NCBI GenBank assembly: GCA_036507075.1 | Contig: DASXQR010000082.1 | Location: 1 to 64,000 of the forward strand | Direction of reading: 5' to 3' | DNA: 64,000 nt | Origin: Acidobacteriota bacterium | Lineage (GTDB): Bacteria; Acidobacteriota; UBA6911; JACQSX01 | In this document: in pieces, positions 29,799 to 39,819 of the stretch | Position numbering within the stretch: the first letter of the stretch is position 1 | Layout of the letters: each line of letters opens with the position of its first letter | The notes under the pieces: model-generated | Told to the model about the DNA's origin: nothing | Seen by the model: only the letters and a program-made list of their open reading frames with translations | Database searches by the model: none | Made by a program: the position numbers and the translations under genes

Positions 29799-30800
29799 TT
29801 GAATCCGGCTGGCTCTTCCCGAACTTCGCAGACACAAAGACTGACACGCTTAAAGATCGGAGTAGTGGGTATGGGTTTGATGGGAACCAGCATCACTGCA
29901 TGCCTGCTGGCGGCCGGACATCAGGTGGCCTGCGTCGAGGCGGATCCGTCGCGGCGTAGATTCGCCAAACAACGGCTGCTCGCGCTCTTGAACGGATTGC
30001 GCAAGGAACGCTTGCTGTTGTCGGTCCCCGCCACGGTAATAAAGAGGTGGAGTATATCCTCTGATTACGCCCAGTTGTCCGACTGTGGCGTCGTCATAGA
30101 GTCGGTATTTGAAGACCTGCGTGCCAAAAAGACGGTTCTGCGACGAGTGGAGCGGGTGGTGCGACCGAATACACTGATTGCCACCAATACCTCCTCTATC
30201 CCGGTAACCGAGTTGCAAAAGGATGCGTTGCGCGCGTCCAGGGTCTTGGGGATGCATTGGGCCGAACCGGCGCACATCACCCGGTTTATGGAAATCATCT
30301 GCGGCCGAAAGACCACCCGCAATGCCGCCGAAAGGGCAATGGCGCTGGCCCGGCACTGGGGCAAGGAGCCAGTCCTCGTCCGGCGGGATGTGCGCGGATT
30401 CGTCACAAACCGGGTAATGTACGCAATGCTGCGCGAAGCCTTTTATCTCGTTGAGTCGGGTGTCGCGACACCGGCGGATGTCGACCGTTCTCTTCGCAAC
30501 GACCTGGGGTACTGGATCACGTTTGCCGGTCCGTTTCGTTTCATGGACCTCACCGGCATCCCTGCCTATGCGGCAGTGATGCGCGATTTGCTACCCGATC
30601 TTGACCGCAGTACGAGCGTGCCACGCCTGATGCGAAAGCTGGTCCGATCCGGAGCGCAGGGGGTTGCCAACGGCAAGGGATTTTACCGTTACAGACACTC
30701 AGAGGCGAAGCGCTGGCAAAAACTCTTTGAGGAATTCACCTACCAAATTCGGGCGCTGGCCCAAAAATATCCTGAAGACGCAGGAGATCAACGGGGTTAA
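29799..30800 (+). CDS. 3-hydroxyacyl-CoA dehydrogenase family protein (start uncertain)
   Basis: IGVVGMGLMG, VIESVFEDLRAK, ATNTSS, GMHWAEP, GFVTNR, GPFRFMDLTG, GKGFY. Confidence 0.9.
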   Translation: MNPAGSSRTSQTQRLTRLKIGVVGMGLMGTSITACLLAAGHQVACVEADPSRRRFAKQRLLALLNGLRKERLLLSVPATVIKRWSISSDYAQLSDCGVVIESVFEDLRAKKTVLRRVERVVRPNTLIATNTSSIPVTELQKDALRASRVLGMHWAEPAHITRFMEIICGRKTTRNAAERAMALARHWGKEPVLVRRDVRGFVTNRVMYAMLREAFYLVESGVATPADVDRSLRNDLGYWITFAGPFRFMDLTGIPAYAAVMRDLLPDLDRSTSVPRLMRKLVRSGAQGVANGKGFYRYRHSEAKRWQKLFEEFTYQIRALAQKYPEDAGDQRG

Positions 30801-30803
30801 ATA

Positions 30804-30869
30804 GGGCAATCAGCTTTCAGGCGTAGAGACGCGACATGTCGCGTCTCTACGCCTGAAAGCTGATTGCCC
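30804..30869. repeat. 66-bp perfect palindrome with REP core GTAGAGACGCGACATGTCGCGTCTCTAC
   Basis: Exact self-complementarity centred at 30836/30837; core variants at ~9014, ~32668, ~44262, ~44329. Confidence 0.9.
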
Positions 30870-30912
30870 ACAGCAGAACTTCACTCTCCCGCTCTCCCGC
30901 TCCTCCACTGTC

Positions 30913-32085
30913 CTATTCCCGGGCGCCCAGCAACGGACCTTCGCGGCCGCGCGCAGTCACTTTTTCGACTTGCCGGATCGAGCCGTCGCGAACCAGCAGG
31001 GCGTTGTCGAAGTTGTTGACCGTCGGACAGACGTGCCGCGGTACAAGATACAGGACTTCTCCAATGTGAGGGGCTTTTGACCCTGCCGCGACTTCGATCG
31101 GTAGATGTTCCTCGCTTGGCTTGAGCGGGCGCAGGTCGGGTCGTCCCAGGACGGCGCACGTCGGCACGCCCTCATCGGCGGAAACTGCCTTGTGACCCGC
31201 GTCGCAGGTAATGCGATCCGGCAGGGGCCGGCTGACGACAGTGGTCACCACCAGCGCCGCCGGATGATAACCCAGCTCAGGCGGGAGCTGCGCAAGACTG
31301 GTGCAATCGCAATAGACCACGGTGCCTGGCGAAACCTGGTGCGCAAAGTTTCCACTCGACAGTCCGCGGTGGGAAATTGCCGACAAAAATGCAGGAGTAC
31401 CCGACGTGATTACTTCACGCACGGATATTCCCTCCTCTTCCAACGCCTGGACGATCTCCAGCAGTCGATCATATCCGCGATGCGCAAGGTTTTCACGCTC
31501 GTCCGGCGGCACGCTTCCTAGGTGGCCGTCGTAGTAATGAACTCCTCGAATATCAAGCCTCGCCTCCCGCAGCGAGCGCGCCAGACCGAGCAGAGCATCG
31601 GTCCGATCCTGGGCAACGCCGGTTCGATTCATCCCGGGGTTCACGTCGACAAACACACCGATGCTGTGCCCTGCCCAGGGTTGGATCTGCTCGACGCTGT
31701 CGACCAAAACAGAAATCTTTTTGGTGGAATATTTCCGCGCCAGATATTTGAGTCTCCCGGTATTTGCACCGGCAAGCGGATAAGCCAGAAGCACATCTTC
31801 TGCGCCCGACTGGCAGGCCACTTGCAGCTCGAGAGTTGTGGAGCATTTAAACTGGAGAACCCCGTTCTCCACGAGCCGCCGCATCACAAAACCCAGCTTC
31901 GCCGTCTTGACATGCGGACGCCAGCGGCGGGCATCATGCTGCAGCAGCCGCAGAGTGGTGGCAATATTGGCGTCCACCAGCTCGGGGTAGATGACCAAAG
32001 CCGGGGTCAAAGCGCTTTTGATGTCTCGAATCTCGTACGATGCAGGCGAGATTGCAGATTGATTCTGCAGCAATAATTCAGTCAT
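30913..32085 (-). CDS. D-threonine aldolase / D-serine dehydratase (DSD1)-like fold-type III PLP enzyme
   Basis: TPALVI, WRPHVKTAK, DVNPGMNRTG, HYYDGH, SGTP, DAGHKAVSAD, SEEH, PRHVCPTVN. Confidence 0.92.
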   Translation of the reverse strand: MTELLLQNQSAISPASYEIRDIKSALTPALVIYPELVDANIATTLRLLQHDARRWRPHVKTAKLGFVMRRLVENGVLQFKCSTTLELQVACQSGAEDVLLAYPLAGANTGRLKYLARKYSTKKISVLVDSVEQIQPWAGHSIGVFVDVNPGMNRTGVAQDRTDALLGLARSLREARLDIRGVHYYDGHLGSVPPDERENLAHRGYDRLLEIVQALEEEGISVREVITSGTPAFLSAISHRGLSSGNFAHQVSPGTVVYCDCTSLAQLPPELGYHPAALVVTTVVSRPLPDRITCDAGHKAVSADEGVPTCAVLGRPDLRPLKPSEEHLPIEVAAGSKAPHIGEVLYLVPRHVCPTVNNFDNALLVRDGSIRQVEKVTARGREGPLLGARE

Positions 32086-32206
32086 GCGGGATCCCTTAAG
32101 AGTTTCGGCTCAGTTGAGTCTTGTTTTGTCACCAGCTTATCACTGGCGTGCAGTTTTGTTGTACCGGACTTGATCCCTGGCGGTGTCTAATATAAAGGAT
32201 TAAGAC

Positions 32207-32587
32207 ATGTCAAAAACTGAAATCAAGCACCCTGACAAAACTGCCAGCACGGGATCCTACTCGGCAGGAGTTCTGATGGATGGATGGCTCTTCATCAGCG
32301 GCCATGGGCCGATTGATCCCAAGACTGGAAAAGTCGTGTCAGGCAGCATCGAAGAGGAAGTGCGATTGACGCTTTCCCACATCGGAACGATCCTGAAGGA
32401 GGCCGGCTGCACATTTGAAGATGTGGTGAAGTGCACCTGCCACCTGTCTGACATCAAAGATTTTCAGCGATTCGATAAAGTGTACGCGCAGTTTTTCCCG
32501 GGCGTGCGTCCGGCGCGCACCACGGTTCAATCGGTCCTGGCAGCGGGAATGAAAGTTGAAATTGACGCCATTGCGCGCGTGCCATAG
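32207..32587 (+). CDS. RidA/YjgF/UK114-family protein
   Basis: GSYSAGV..LFISGHGP, DVVKCT, RPARTTVQ..L...KVEIDAIA. Confidence 0.93.
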   Translation: MSKTEIKHPDKTASTGSYSAGVLMDGWLFISGHGPIDPKTGKVVSGSIEEEVRLTLSHIGTILKEAGCTFEDVVKCTCHLSDIKDFQRFDKVYAQFFPGVRPARTTVQSVLAAGMKVEIDAIARVP

Positions 32588-32687
32588 GACGCCACCGGGC
32601 TGTCCCGGTGGTGAACGCGATTCTTTCACACGTTCCAAGGCCGGTGGGGACGAACGCGTCAGAGCTCAGACGCGACATGTCGCGTCT

Positions 32688-35330
32688 CTACGGGCGGCGC
32701 CTGGCGGCGCCCGGCGCAGCTTCGCTGCGCGCCTTCTGGGCGGATGGGTAGGCCACATCAAAACCCTTGCTGTTCCACCAGAGAATGCGGTTGAGCACGT
32801 CCTCGGGCACATCATCCACTTCAGACCAGTTCATCGCCAGCGACTGGCGCGCCGCCCATTTGGCGCGGCCGTTGAGCGCGTTGAGAGGCGGGTTCATCTC
32901 GTCCAGTCTTACTTCCGGCGTCAGCGTCTCGCAGGCGCCGGTATCTGGTTGTCCGGTAAACACACTGTTCATCGCACGGGCGGATTGCAGCGCCCGCGTG
33001 CGCGGTGGAATCTGAAATATTTCCTGGATGGTGCGGACCATGGAAGTGTGGTTGTAGTTATTGGAGTCGACCTTACTCCTGCGTACGTGAGGCCCGATTG
33101 CCAGCGCCACGGTGCGGTGACCGTCGACATGATCCACTCCGTTTTGTGCATCGTCTTCCACCACTAGAATCAAACTCCGCGGCCAGACATTGCTCCTGGA
33201 AATGCGTTCCACTACCCTGCCCAGTGCCAAATCGTTGTCGGCTACCATGGCTCGCGGGGTAGGCGCGCCGGGCCGAGTCCCCATGGTGTGATCACAAGTG
33301 AGCGCAATAATGCTCAGGTTCGGCACCGTTCCCTTCTTCTCGCGCTCGGCGAATTCCTCCAGGAATGCCTCGGCTCTAATCTGGTCGGGGATGTTCTGAT
33401 TGCTGGGAGGAAAGCGGGGAGAAAGATATTTGGTCAGAGCCGGGATGCCGCTTCGAACCGCGATGACGTCCCGCCATTTGCCTTCTTTATAACTGCGCCA
33501 GTATTCGCTCCAGGTAAGCAACTCTGTGTCATCCATATCGACGGCGTTCTGCTTTGCCGGATCCCGGCGCACCGGCAGCGCAAACTCTCCGTAAATGCGC
33601 ACATCGAGCGGCAGCGGCGCCTTCTGCCAGAAAAATCCAGCGGGAGCGATCGTCAGCGCATCGCTCATATTCCAGGCGTACCCGCGCGGCGAAGCGGAAA
33701 ATGCGCGCTCCACGTAGTCGCTGACAAAAGCCTGCATCAGCCAGTGGTGGCCGTCGAAGCTGATGGCGCCGCTGGCGTAAAAATTGTCCAGCAGAACGTA
33801 CCGCTCTGCCAGCGCGTGGTGATTGGGGGTGATATCGCGCCCGAACATCACCAGTTTCGGATCTCCATTGCCCTTCGGCATGTCTCCGAAGACCTGATCA
33901 TAGGTACGGTTCTCCTTGATGATCAGAAACACGTGCCGGATTCCAAGCGCCGGCAGATTGCGGATTCCTCCGGAAGGTTCAAACACAGGCCGGTTTGCTT
34001 CCTGTACTTCGCGCGTCCCGGCTGCCAGTTGCCGGGGACCCGGGGCGGGGATTTTTACCAGCGATCCTTCATACTGCCGGCTGTTGAACGTTCCTTTGCC
34101 GTCGGCGGTATTTCCCACTCCTTTGATATTGACGACGCGCAGCGCGCCATCGGCGCCGATCGCAACGGCGGAAGGGAACCATCCAGCCCCCAGCGCACCC
34201 TTCATTACCGGCAGCGCTCCCCTGGCCGTCCACTCTTGAATAGAACCACGTTTGGCCCCGATTCGCGCCGCCTGGCCGAGGACGGCGACCGCATTGTTGC
34301 CGCCGCACGCGACGTAGAGCGCCTGTCCGTCGGACGAGAAAGCAACGCCGACCGGCTGGCTGCCCAGCGTGCCGTGGGGAAACGCCGGAATCGGCACGTC
34401 TCTTCTCACCAGTGTCTCCGCGTCAATGAGCGATATCGAGTCGGAATGGCTGTTGGCCACGGCAAGCGCTTTTCCATCCGGGCTGAGCGTGATGCTTGAA
34501 GGCGCCAGGCCCACGACTACCTCGCGAATCGAGATTGTCTTCATTTCGATCACGCTGACGGTGCCCGACACGCCCGCGCCCGTGACCGGGTCACTCGCAA
34601 TAAGCGAGCCGCTGGTTGGCGCTGCCGTGTCTGTAGGAGAAGGCCGGCGTCCGCCGCGGTTGGAGACATAGACGCGTCCCAGTTTGTCGGACACAGCCAC
34701 GCCGAAAGGAGCGATTCCGGTATCCACCTCCAGCGTTACGTCGCGGCTGCCTGTGTCGATGACGGCCAGCGTGTTATTGCGGCTCAGTGCCACGAACGCC
34801 TGGGTGCCGTCGGCTGAAAAGGCGATCCCTGTTGGGACCGGATGCCCGCGCAGTCTGATTCGCGCCAGCTCGCGCGGCTCGCCTGCGGGGGGAACCGATG
34901 CGATTAGAATCCCGTCGGGGCCGTTTCGAGTCGCTTCACTGGCCCACAGCTCATCGGAATTGGGACGAAAGGCAATGCCGGCATAGGAAGTCGAGGCGGA
35001 TTTGATTTCTCCCAGCCGCGCTCCGGTTTCGGCGTCCAGTATCAACACGCCGCGGGAATTTAGGATGGCGATACGATTCTTTGACGCGTTCATCGCCAGA
35101 TCGACCGGCCGTCCTGGGATCAGAATCTGCTGGGAAGGTGGGCGCAAGACTTGATTACTGGGCAGCAGGTAAGTTCCGTCGGGCTGCTTGCCCAGGGGGA
35201 CGGAACTTCGGAACACCGGGAAAATACCGAGCTGCCTCCCCACCGAATAAGCCGCAGCGCCGGCCAGCACGCAGAGCGTAATCGCGAGGCTGATCTTCAG
35301 ATATTTCCGCTTCAACAAGATTAAAGTCAT
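32688..35330 (-). CDS. YncE-like beta-propeller fused to a phosphoesterase (alkaline-phosphatase-like/phospholipase C) domain
   Basis: N-terminal TM, YVTN-like repeats, HVFLIIKENRTYDQVFGD, SFDGHHW, DHTMG, VEDDAQNGVDHVDGHR. Confidence 0.9.
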   Translation of the reverse strand: MTLILLKRKYLKISLAITLCVLAGAAAYSVGRQLGIFPVFRSSVPLGKQPDGTYLLPSNQVLRPPSQQILIPGRPVDLAMNASKNRIAILNSRGVLILDAETGARLGEIKSASTSYAGIAFRPNSDELWASEATRNGPDGILIASVPPAGEPRELARIRLRGHPVPTGIAFSADGTQAFVALSRNNTLAVIDTGSRDVTLEVDTGIAPFGVAVSDKLGRVYVSNRGGRRPSPTDTAAPTSGSLIASDPVTGAGVSGTVSVIEMKTISIREVVVGLAPSSITLSPDGKALAVANSHSDSISLIDAETLVRRDVPIPAFPHGTLGSQPVGVAFSSDGQALYVACGGNNAVAVLGQAARIGAKRGSIQEWTARGALPVMKGALGAGWFPSAVAIGADGALRVVNIKGVGNTADGKGTFNSRQYEGSLVKIPAPGPRQLAAGTREVQEANRPVFEPSGGIRNLPALGIRHVFLIIKENRTYDQVFGDMPKGNGDPKLVMFGRDITPNHHALAERYVLLDNFYASGAISFDGHHWLMQAFVSDYVERAFSASPRGYAWNMSDALTIAPAGFFWQKAPLPLDVRIYGEFALPVRRDPAKQNAVDMDDTELLTWSEYWRSYKEGKWRDVIAVRSGIPALTKYLSPRFPPSNQNIPDQIRAEAFLEEFAEREKKGTVPNLSIIALTCDHTMGTRPGAPTPRAMVADNDLALGRVVERISRSNVWPRSLILVVEDDAQNGVDHVDGHRTVALAIGPHVRRSKVDSNNYNHTSMVRTIQEIFQIPPRTRALQSARAMNSVFTGQPDTGACETLTPEVRLDEMNPPLNALNGRAKWAARQSLAMNWSEVDDVPEDVLNRILWWNSKGFDVAYPSAQKARSEAAPGAARRRP

Positions 35331-35391
35331 AGTTGGTTTCGCGCTCTTCGCATCTTCGCGGTAAGTTTTTTCACATGTTCTCCCCTCACGC

Positions 35392-36309
35392 TTACTTTTC
35401 GGGCAGCGCGGCCGATTTTATCCAGGCCGAATACCAGAAATCCCGCAGTGACTGGGACGAATGCGCCAGCATTTCACAGGTGAACCGCTTGGCTTCGGCA
35501 GTTTCCTTGCCGCTTCCAAAGGGGTTGGCTTTGTCGAGTGCGTAAACCGTTTCGACATGCGCGTGGGTGGCGCGGATATGTTGCATGGCCTCGTCCAGCC
35601 AGACACCCAGGGCGCGAGGCGGGCCCACCAGGTTTTCGAAATCCTTTTCTTCGATCGCCTGATTGAGGTAGATGTCCTCGAACCGGCCGTGGATCTTTTC
35701 GCCGACATAACCGCCGGGATTGGGGGCCTCGGCGCTCCAGCCCGCAATATGAATGGTGGTATGCAGAGGCTGGCCGGTGTCGGTCACAAAATGAGCCAGC
35801 AGGCCGGCGATATGGATTATGTTTTGTTCAATCTGCCGCTTGATTCGCTTTTCGGCATTGCTCAGATCGGGCGCCCTGCGCCAGAGCATGAAATTGACTG
35901 CCAGCATCTCAGAGTATTCCGCCATTGCATAGGGGGCATAGCCAAGGTCGTTGTAGCCATAAACGCCGCCGTTCTTTTTGGGTGTGCCAAAGTACTGCAA
36001 TAAGTAATCGTATCGATTCGCCGGCAGGGGCTTGGTGATATTTTCCAGCTTGATCCAATGATCGCGATCCGCCAGGCCTTTGAGTGCCGGCTCTCTCTTT
36101 TCCACTCTCCAGCGGTCGGGTTCCGGACACAGATATCCAAGTTCAATTTCCGCGCCGCGAAAGAAAAGCGGTACGTCGGCGGGCAGGCTGCGAACCGCCA
36201 CACGGGCAGTCATCTCGTGTCCCTTCCTGCCCCAGGCGTGAGCAGGCGTGAGCGTTAAGCCGAACGCTAAAAGAGTCAGCGAAAGAGTCTTCAGAGTCAG
36301 AGGCTTCAT
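35392..36309 (-). CDS. S1/P1 nuclease / Zn-dependent phospholipase C family secreted protein
   Basis: Signal peptide then AWGRKGH, PDRWR, LAHFVTDTGQPLH, IHGRFE. Confidence 0.85.
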   Translation of the reverse strand: MKPLTLKTLSLTLLAFGLTLTPAHAWGRKGHEMTARVAVRSLPADVPLFFRGAEIELGYLCPEPDRWRVEKREPALKGLADRDHWIKLENITKPLPANRYDYLLQYFGTPKKNGGVYGYNDLGYAPYAMAEYSEMLAVNFMLWRRAPDLSNAEKRIKRQIEQNIIHIAGLLAHFVTDTGQPLHTTIHIAGWSAEAPNPGGYVGEKIHGRFEDIYLNQAIEEKDFENLVGPPRALGVWLDEAMQHIRATHAHVETVYALDKANPFGSGKETAEAKRFTCEMLAHSSQSLRDFWYSAWIKSAALPEK

Positions 36310-36531
36310 GGTCGCACTTGTCGTTGGTTCATGGTTTCGGTACTTTGACCAGTATTATCTGTTACAGGTTATAATCAACTCAAAAAAAAATCGCCCTACC
36401 CGGAGTTAGCCTGCGGCCGAGAAGGTGTAAAAAATGACGTCATCGGGCTTGCAACCTGTGATTTTTTTTCACGTTCCAAGCCCGGTGGCGTCGATTTTCT
36501 CACACCTCCGGGCAAAACGGAGGTTCACGCC

Positions 36532-39500
36532 ATGAGTAAGCTTGCCCATCGACGAGCCATCGTTCCGTCAATCCTCCTGTGCTTGAGCGGACTCGCTTTC
36601 GCCCAGGTAGACACCGGTTCCATCACCGGAACAGCCACCGATCCGAGCGGTGCAGTGCTTCCGGGCGTCACCATCACGGCTGTCAACGAAGATACCGGGA
36701 TCGGCACCCAGGCAGTCACCAATCAGGAAGGCAATTATGTGATCACTCCGCTGCGGGTGGGACGTTACACCCTGACGGGGGAATTGCCCGGCTTCAAGAA
36801 AGAAGTGCGCGCGGGAATAGTGCTGCGGATTCAGGAAAGGCTGAAAATTGACATCGGCCTTCAAGTGGGAGAAATCGCAGAAGAAGTGGTCATTACCTCA
36901 CGGGCGCCGCTGCTGGAAACTGAAACTTCCAGCCTGGGGCAGGTAATGACCAGCGAAACGATCGAAAATCTGCCGCTCAACGGCCGCAACTTCATCCAGC
37001 TTGCCCAAGTGTCGGCGGGTGTTTTGCCTTCTTACCAGACCGTCCAGCGTGACAATTTCATCGCCAACGGAAACCGGCCGATTCAGAACAGCTACATCCT
37101 GGATGGGATGGACAACAAAGCGCACATCGTGGGCTTTGACAAGAGCAGCGCGCTGACGCACAAACCCTCGGTGGACGCCATCCAGGAATTCAAAGTTCAG
37201 ACCAGTACGTTCAGCGCCGAATATGGTCAGGGCGCGGGAGCGGTGGTGAATGCGACTCTCAAGTCAGGCACTAATTCGCTGCACGGAAGCCTGTTCGAAT
37301 TTCACCGCAACTCGGCGCTGGATGCGACTCCTTATTTTCAGCCGCCCAATACCAAAAAACCGCTCTTTATCGAGCACCAGTTCGGCGGCACGGCGGGCGG
37401 GCCGATACGCCGAAACCGCACATTTCTGTTTTTCAGCTACGAAGGCACGCGCCTGCTGACCGCCGCGCCCCGCATTACAACTGTTCCCACCGATGCCTTG
37501 CGCGAAGGCAGATTCGGAACCACGCGAATCTTCGATCCCGGCACGACCAAACCGAATCCAGCGGGCTCTGGTTTTGTGCGCGATCCCTTTGCGGGAAGCG
37601 TGGTGCCGCGACTTCGCTGGGATCCGGTGGCCGCCCGCCTGGTTGAGCTTTACCCGAGGGCGAATCTGCCGGGTAATATTCTCAACCACTTTTACAACCC
37701 CAGGCAGCGGGTGCAATCCGACCAGGTTGATCTGCGGCTTGACCACAAACTGAATGAAGCCGGCAGCCTGTTTGTGCGCTTCAGTCTGGCCAACGACGTC
37801 AACACGCTGCCACCACCGCTGCCGCCGCCGGCCAATGACCTGTCCAAAGCCTTCATTCATGGCCGTTCATTTGTGCTGGGATACACGCGCTCTTTCAGCC
37901 CGCGAATGGTCAACGAGTTTCGCGGAGGGTTCAATCGCACACTGCTCGACCAGGATATCGATACCCCTCGCCGGTTTGAGGAATTCGGAATCAAGGGCGC
38001 TGTCGAAACTCCGGAGATCAAAGGTTTGCCGACGTTCGCCGTCAGCGGCTTTCAGACGCTCGGTACCGCAGATCCGGCGGCAAATCTGCCGGTTCAGGTG
38101 ACCGGAAGCGGTAATCTGCCCATCACCAAGGCCGGGCAGAATGAGATTGTCTCTGACACGGTATCGCTGGTGCGCGGCGATCATGGCATCAAGTTCGGCG
38201 GGGAAGTGCGATGGAACAAATTGAACGCCAATGTGACTCTAACGGCGCGGCCTTCCTTCAATTTCAACGGCGTGTTTACTCAGGATCCCCAGCGCCGCGC
38301 GGGAACGGGCCATGCGTTTGCCGACTTTCTCCTCGGTTTGACAAACACTGCCACCGCCAGCACGCAGTCGCGCTCCGGGCTGCGAAGCCGCGAGTATCTT
38401 TTCTTTCTGCAGGATGACTGGAAGGTCACGCGCCGCCTTACGCTCAATCTCGGCGTGCGTTACGAGCTGATTACTCCATCCTGGGAAGTCAATGACCAGC
38501 AGAGCAATTTCATTCTGGATCGAACGAGCCCGGACTTTGGCAAAATCGTGATTGCGGGCGCCAGAGGGAGTTCCATCAAAGACCGGGCCTTTTCAAAGCT
38601 GGACAAAAACAACATCGCTCCCCGGTTGGGCTTCGCCTGGCAGTTCGCTTCCAGGACCGTGCTGCGCGGGGGTTTTGGTATCTTCTACGGCCGCGATGAA
38701 GACATCGGAGTAAGCCGCCGGCTCACCAATAATCCTCCGTTTTTTGTGCGCATTCCTTTTCCCACCGACCAGATCACTCCCGTTATCGTGTTGAGCACAG
38801 GGTTCCCTGCCGGCATATTGAATCCAGCAAACATGATCAACCCCGAGGTCAACAACTACCCGGAGGATTTCCCGCTTCCCTACGTTCAGCAATGGAGTTT
38901 GAATCTGGAGCGTGAGCTGCCCGGCGCCATCCTGCTTCAGGCTGGATATGTGGGCTCTTCGTCGGTAAAGCTCTGGCTGGCGGTTAACGTGAACCGTCCT
39001 CCGCCGGGCCAGGGAGCAGTGGATCCGCGCAGGCCGATCCGCGGCTTTGGGAACGTGTTTCTCTACAATCCCTATATCAAGGGAAATTACCACTCGCTGT
39101 TTGTGAAGACGGAAAGGCGCTTTTCCGGCGGCCTTAGCTTCATCAACAGTTATACGCTGGGACACTCGATCGACAACGGCAAGTTCATGAATGAATCCGG
39201 AGCGGACATTCAGGATTTTCGCAACCTGCGGGCCGAGCGCGCCAGTTCGAACAACGACATTCGTCACCGCTTTATATCCAGCTACATTTACGATCTTCCC
39301 TTTGGGCAGGGAAGACGCTTTCTCAACCGGGAGGGAATCGCCGGAGCCGTTCTGGGCGGATGGCGCTGGACCGGTATCGCAAGCCTGCACAGCGGGCTTC
39401 CGTTTACGCCAACGCTTAACTTCGACCCCACAAACTCGCTGGCGTCAGCCCGGCCCAATCGCCTTCGGGACGGTAACCTGTCTCGCAGCCGGCGGACGCT

Positions 39501-39795
39501 GCAAAGATTTTACGACCTGACGGCATTTGAGGCCCCGGTCGGATTCAATTTCGGGAACTCGGGTCGGAACATCCTGAGAGGACCGGGCTTTGTGAACTTC
39601 GATTTCGGCATCCACCGGGATTTCCGCGTGCGCGAAGGGATGCGGATTCAGCTTCGCGCCGAACTTTTTAACGCTTTCAACACCCCCCAGTTTGATGACC
39701 CGGCAGCCGTAATCGGAACAGCCCAGGCCGGAGTAATCCAGGGCGTGCGCGCTCCGGAGCGCCAGATCCAGGTAGGACTGAAGTTTGTTTTCTGA
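36532..39795 (+). CDS. TonB-dependent receptor, Oar-like
   Basis: GTATDPSGAVLPG, LPLNGRNF, KSGTNSLHGSLFEFHRN, LQDDWKV, C-terminal RQIQVGLKFVF. Confidence 0.93.
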   Translation: MSKLAHRRAIVPSILLCLSGLAFAQVDTGSITGTATDPSGAVLPGVTITAVNEDTGIGTQAVTNQEGNYVITPLRVGRYTLTGELPGFKKEVRAGIVLRIQERLKIDIGLQVGEIAEEVVITSRAPLLETETSSLGQVMTSETIENLPLNGRNFIQLAQVSAGVLPSYQTVQRDNFIANGNRPIQNSYILDGMDNKAHIVGFDKSSALTHKPSVDAIQEFKVQTSTFSAEYGQGAGAVVNATLKSGTNSLHGSLFEFHRNSALDATPYFQPPNTKKPLFIEHQFGGTAGGPIRRNRTFLFFSYEGTRLLTAAPRITTVPTDALREGRFGTTRIFDPGTTKPNPAGSGFVRDPFAGSVVPRLRWDPVAARLVELYPRANLPGNILNHFYNPRQRVQSDQVDLRLDHKLNEAGSLFVRFSLANDVNTLPPPLPPPANDLSKAFIHGRSFVLGYTRSFSPRMVNEFRGGFNRTLLDQDIDTPRRFEEFGIKGAVETPEIKGLPTFAVSGFQTLGTADPAANLPVQVTGSGNLPITKAGQNEIVSDTVSLVRGDHGIKFGGEVRWNKLNANVTLTARPSFNFNGVFTQDPQRRAGTGHAFADFLLGLTNTATASTQSRSGLRSREYLFFLQDDWKVTRRLTLNLGVRYELITPSWEVNDQQSNFILDRTSPDFGKIVIAGARGSSIKDRAFSKLDKNNIAPRLGFAWQFASRTVLRGGFGIFYGRDEDIGVSRRLTNNPPFFVRIPFPTDQITPVIVLSTGFPAGILNPANMINPEVNNYPEDFPLPYVQQWSLNLERELPGAILLQAGYVGSSSVKLWLAVNVNRPPPGQGAVDPRRPIRGFGNVFLYNPYIKGNYHSLFVKTERRFSGGLSFINSYTLGHSIDNGKFMNESGADIQDFRNLRAERASSNNDIRHRFISSYIYDLPFGQGRRFLNREGIAGAVLGGWRWTGIASLHSGLPFTPTLNFDPTNSLASARPNRLRDGNLSRSRRTLQRFYDLTAFEAPVGFNFGNSGRNILRGPGFVNFDFGIHRDFRVREGMRIQLRAELFNAFNTPQFDDPAAVIGTAQAGVIQGVRAPERQIQVGLKFVF

Positions 39796-39819
39796 CCATC
39801 AATCAGGAGGTTCGCGCTG

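Noticed and set aside
33288..34499. 403-aa plus-strand ORF and similar long antisense ORFs (49076-50095, 54554-55537, 47131-48024, 8405-9013)
   Set aside because: Shadow frames of well-supported genes in GC-rich DNA, with no motifs
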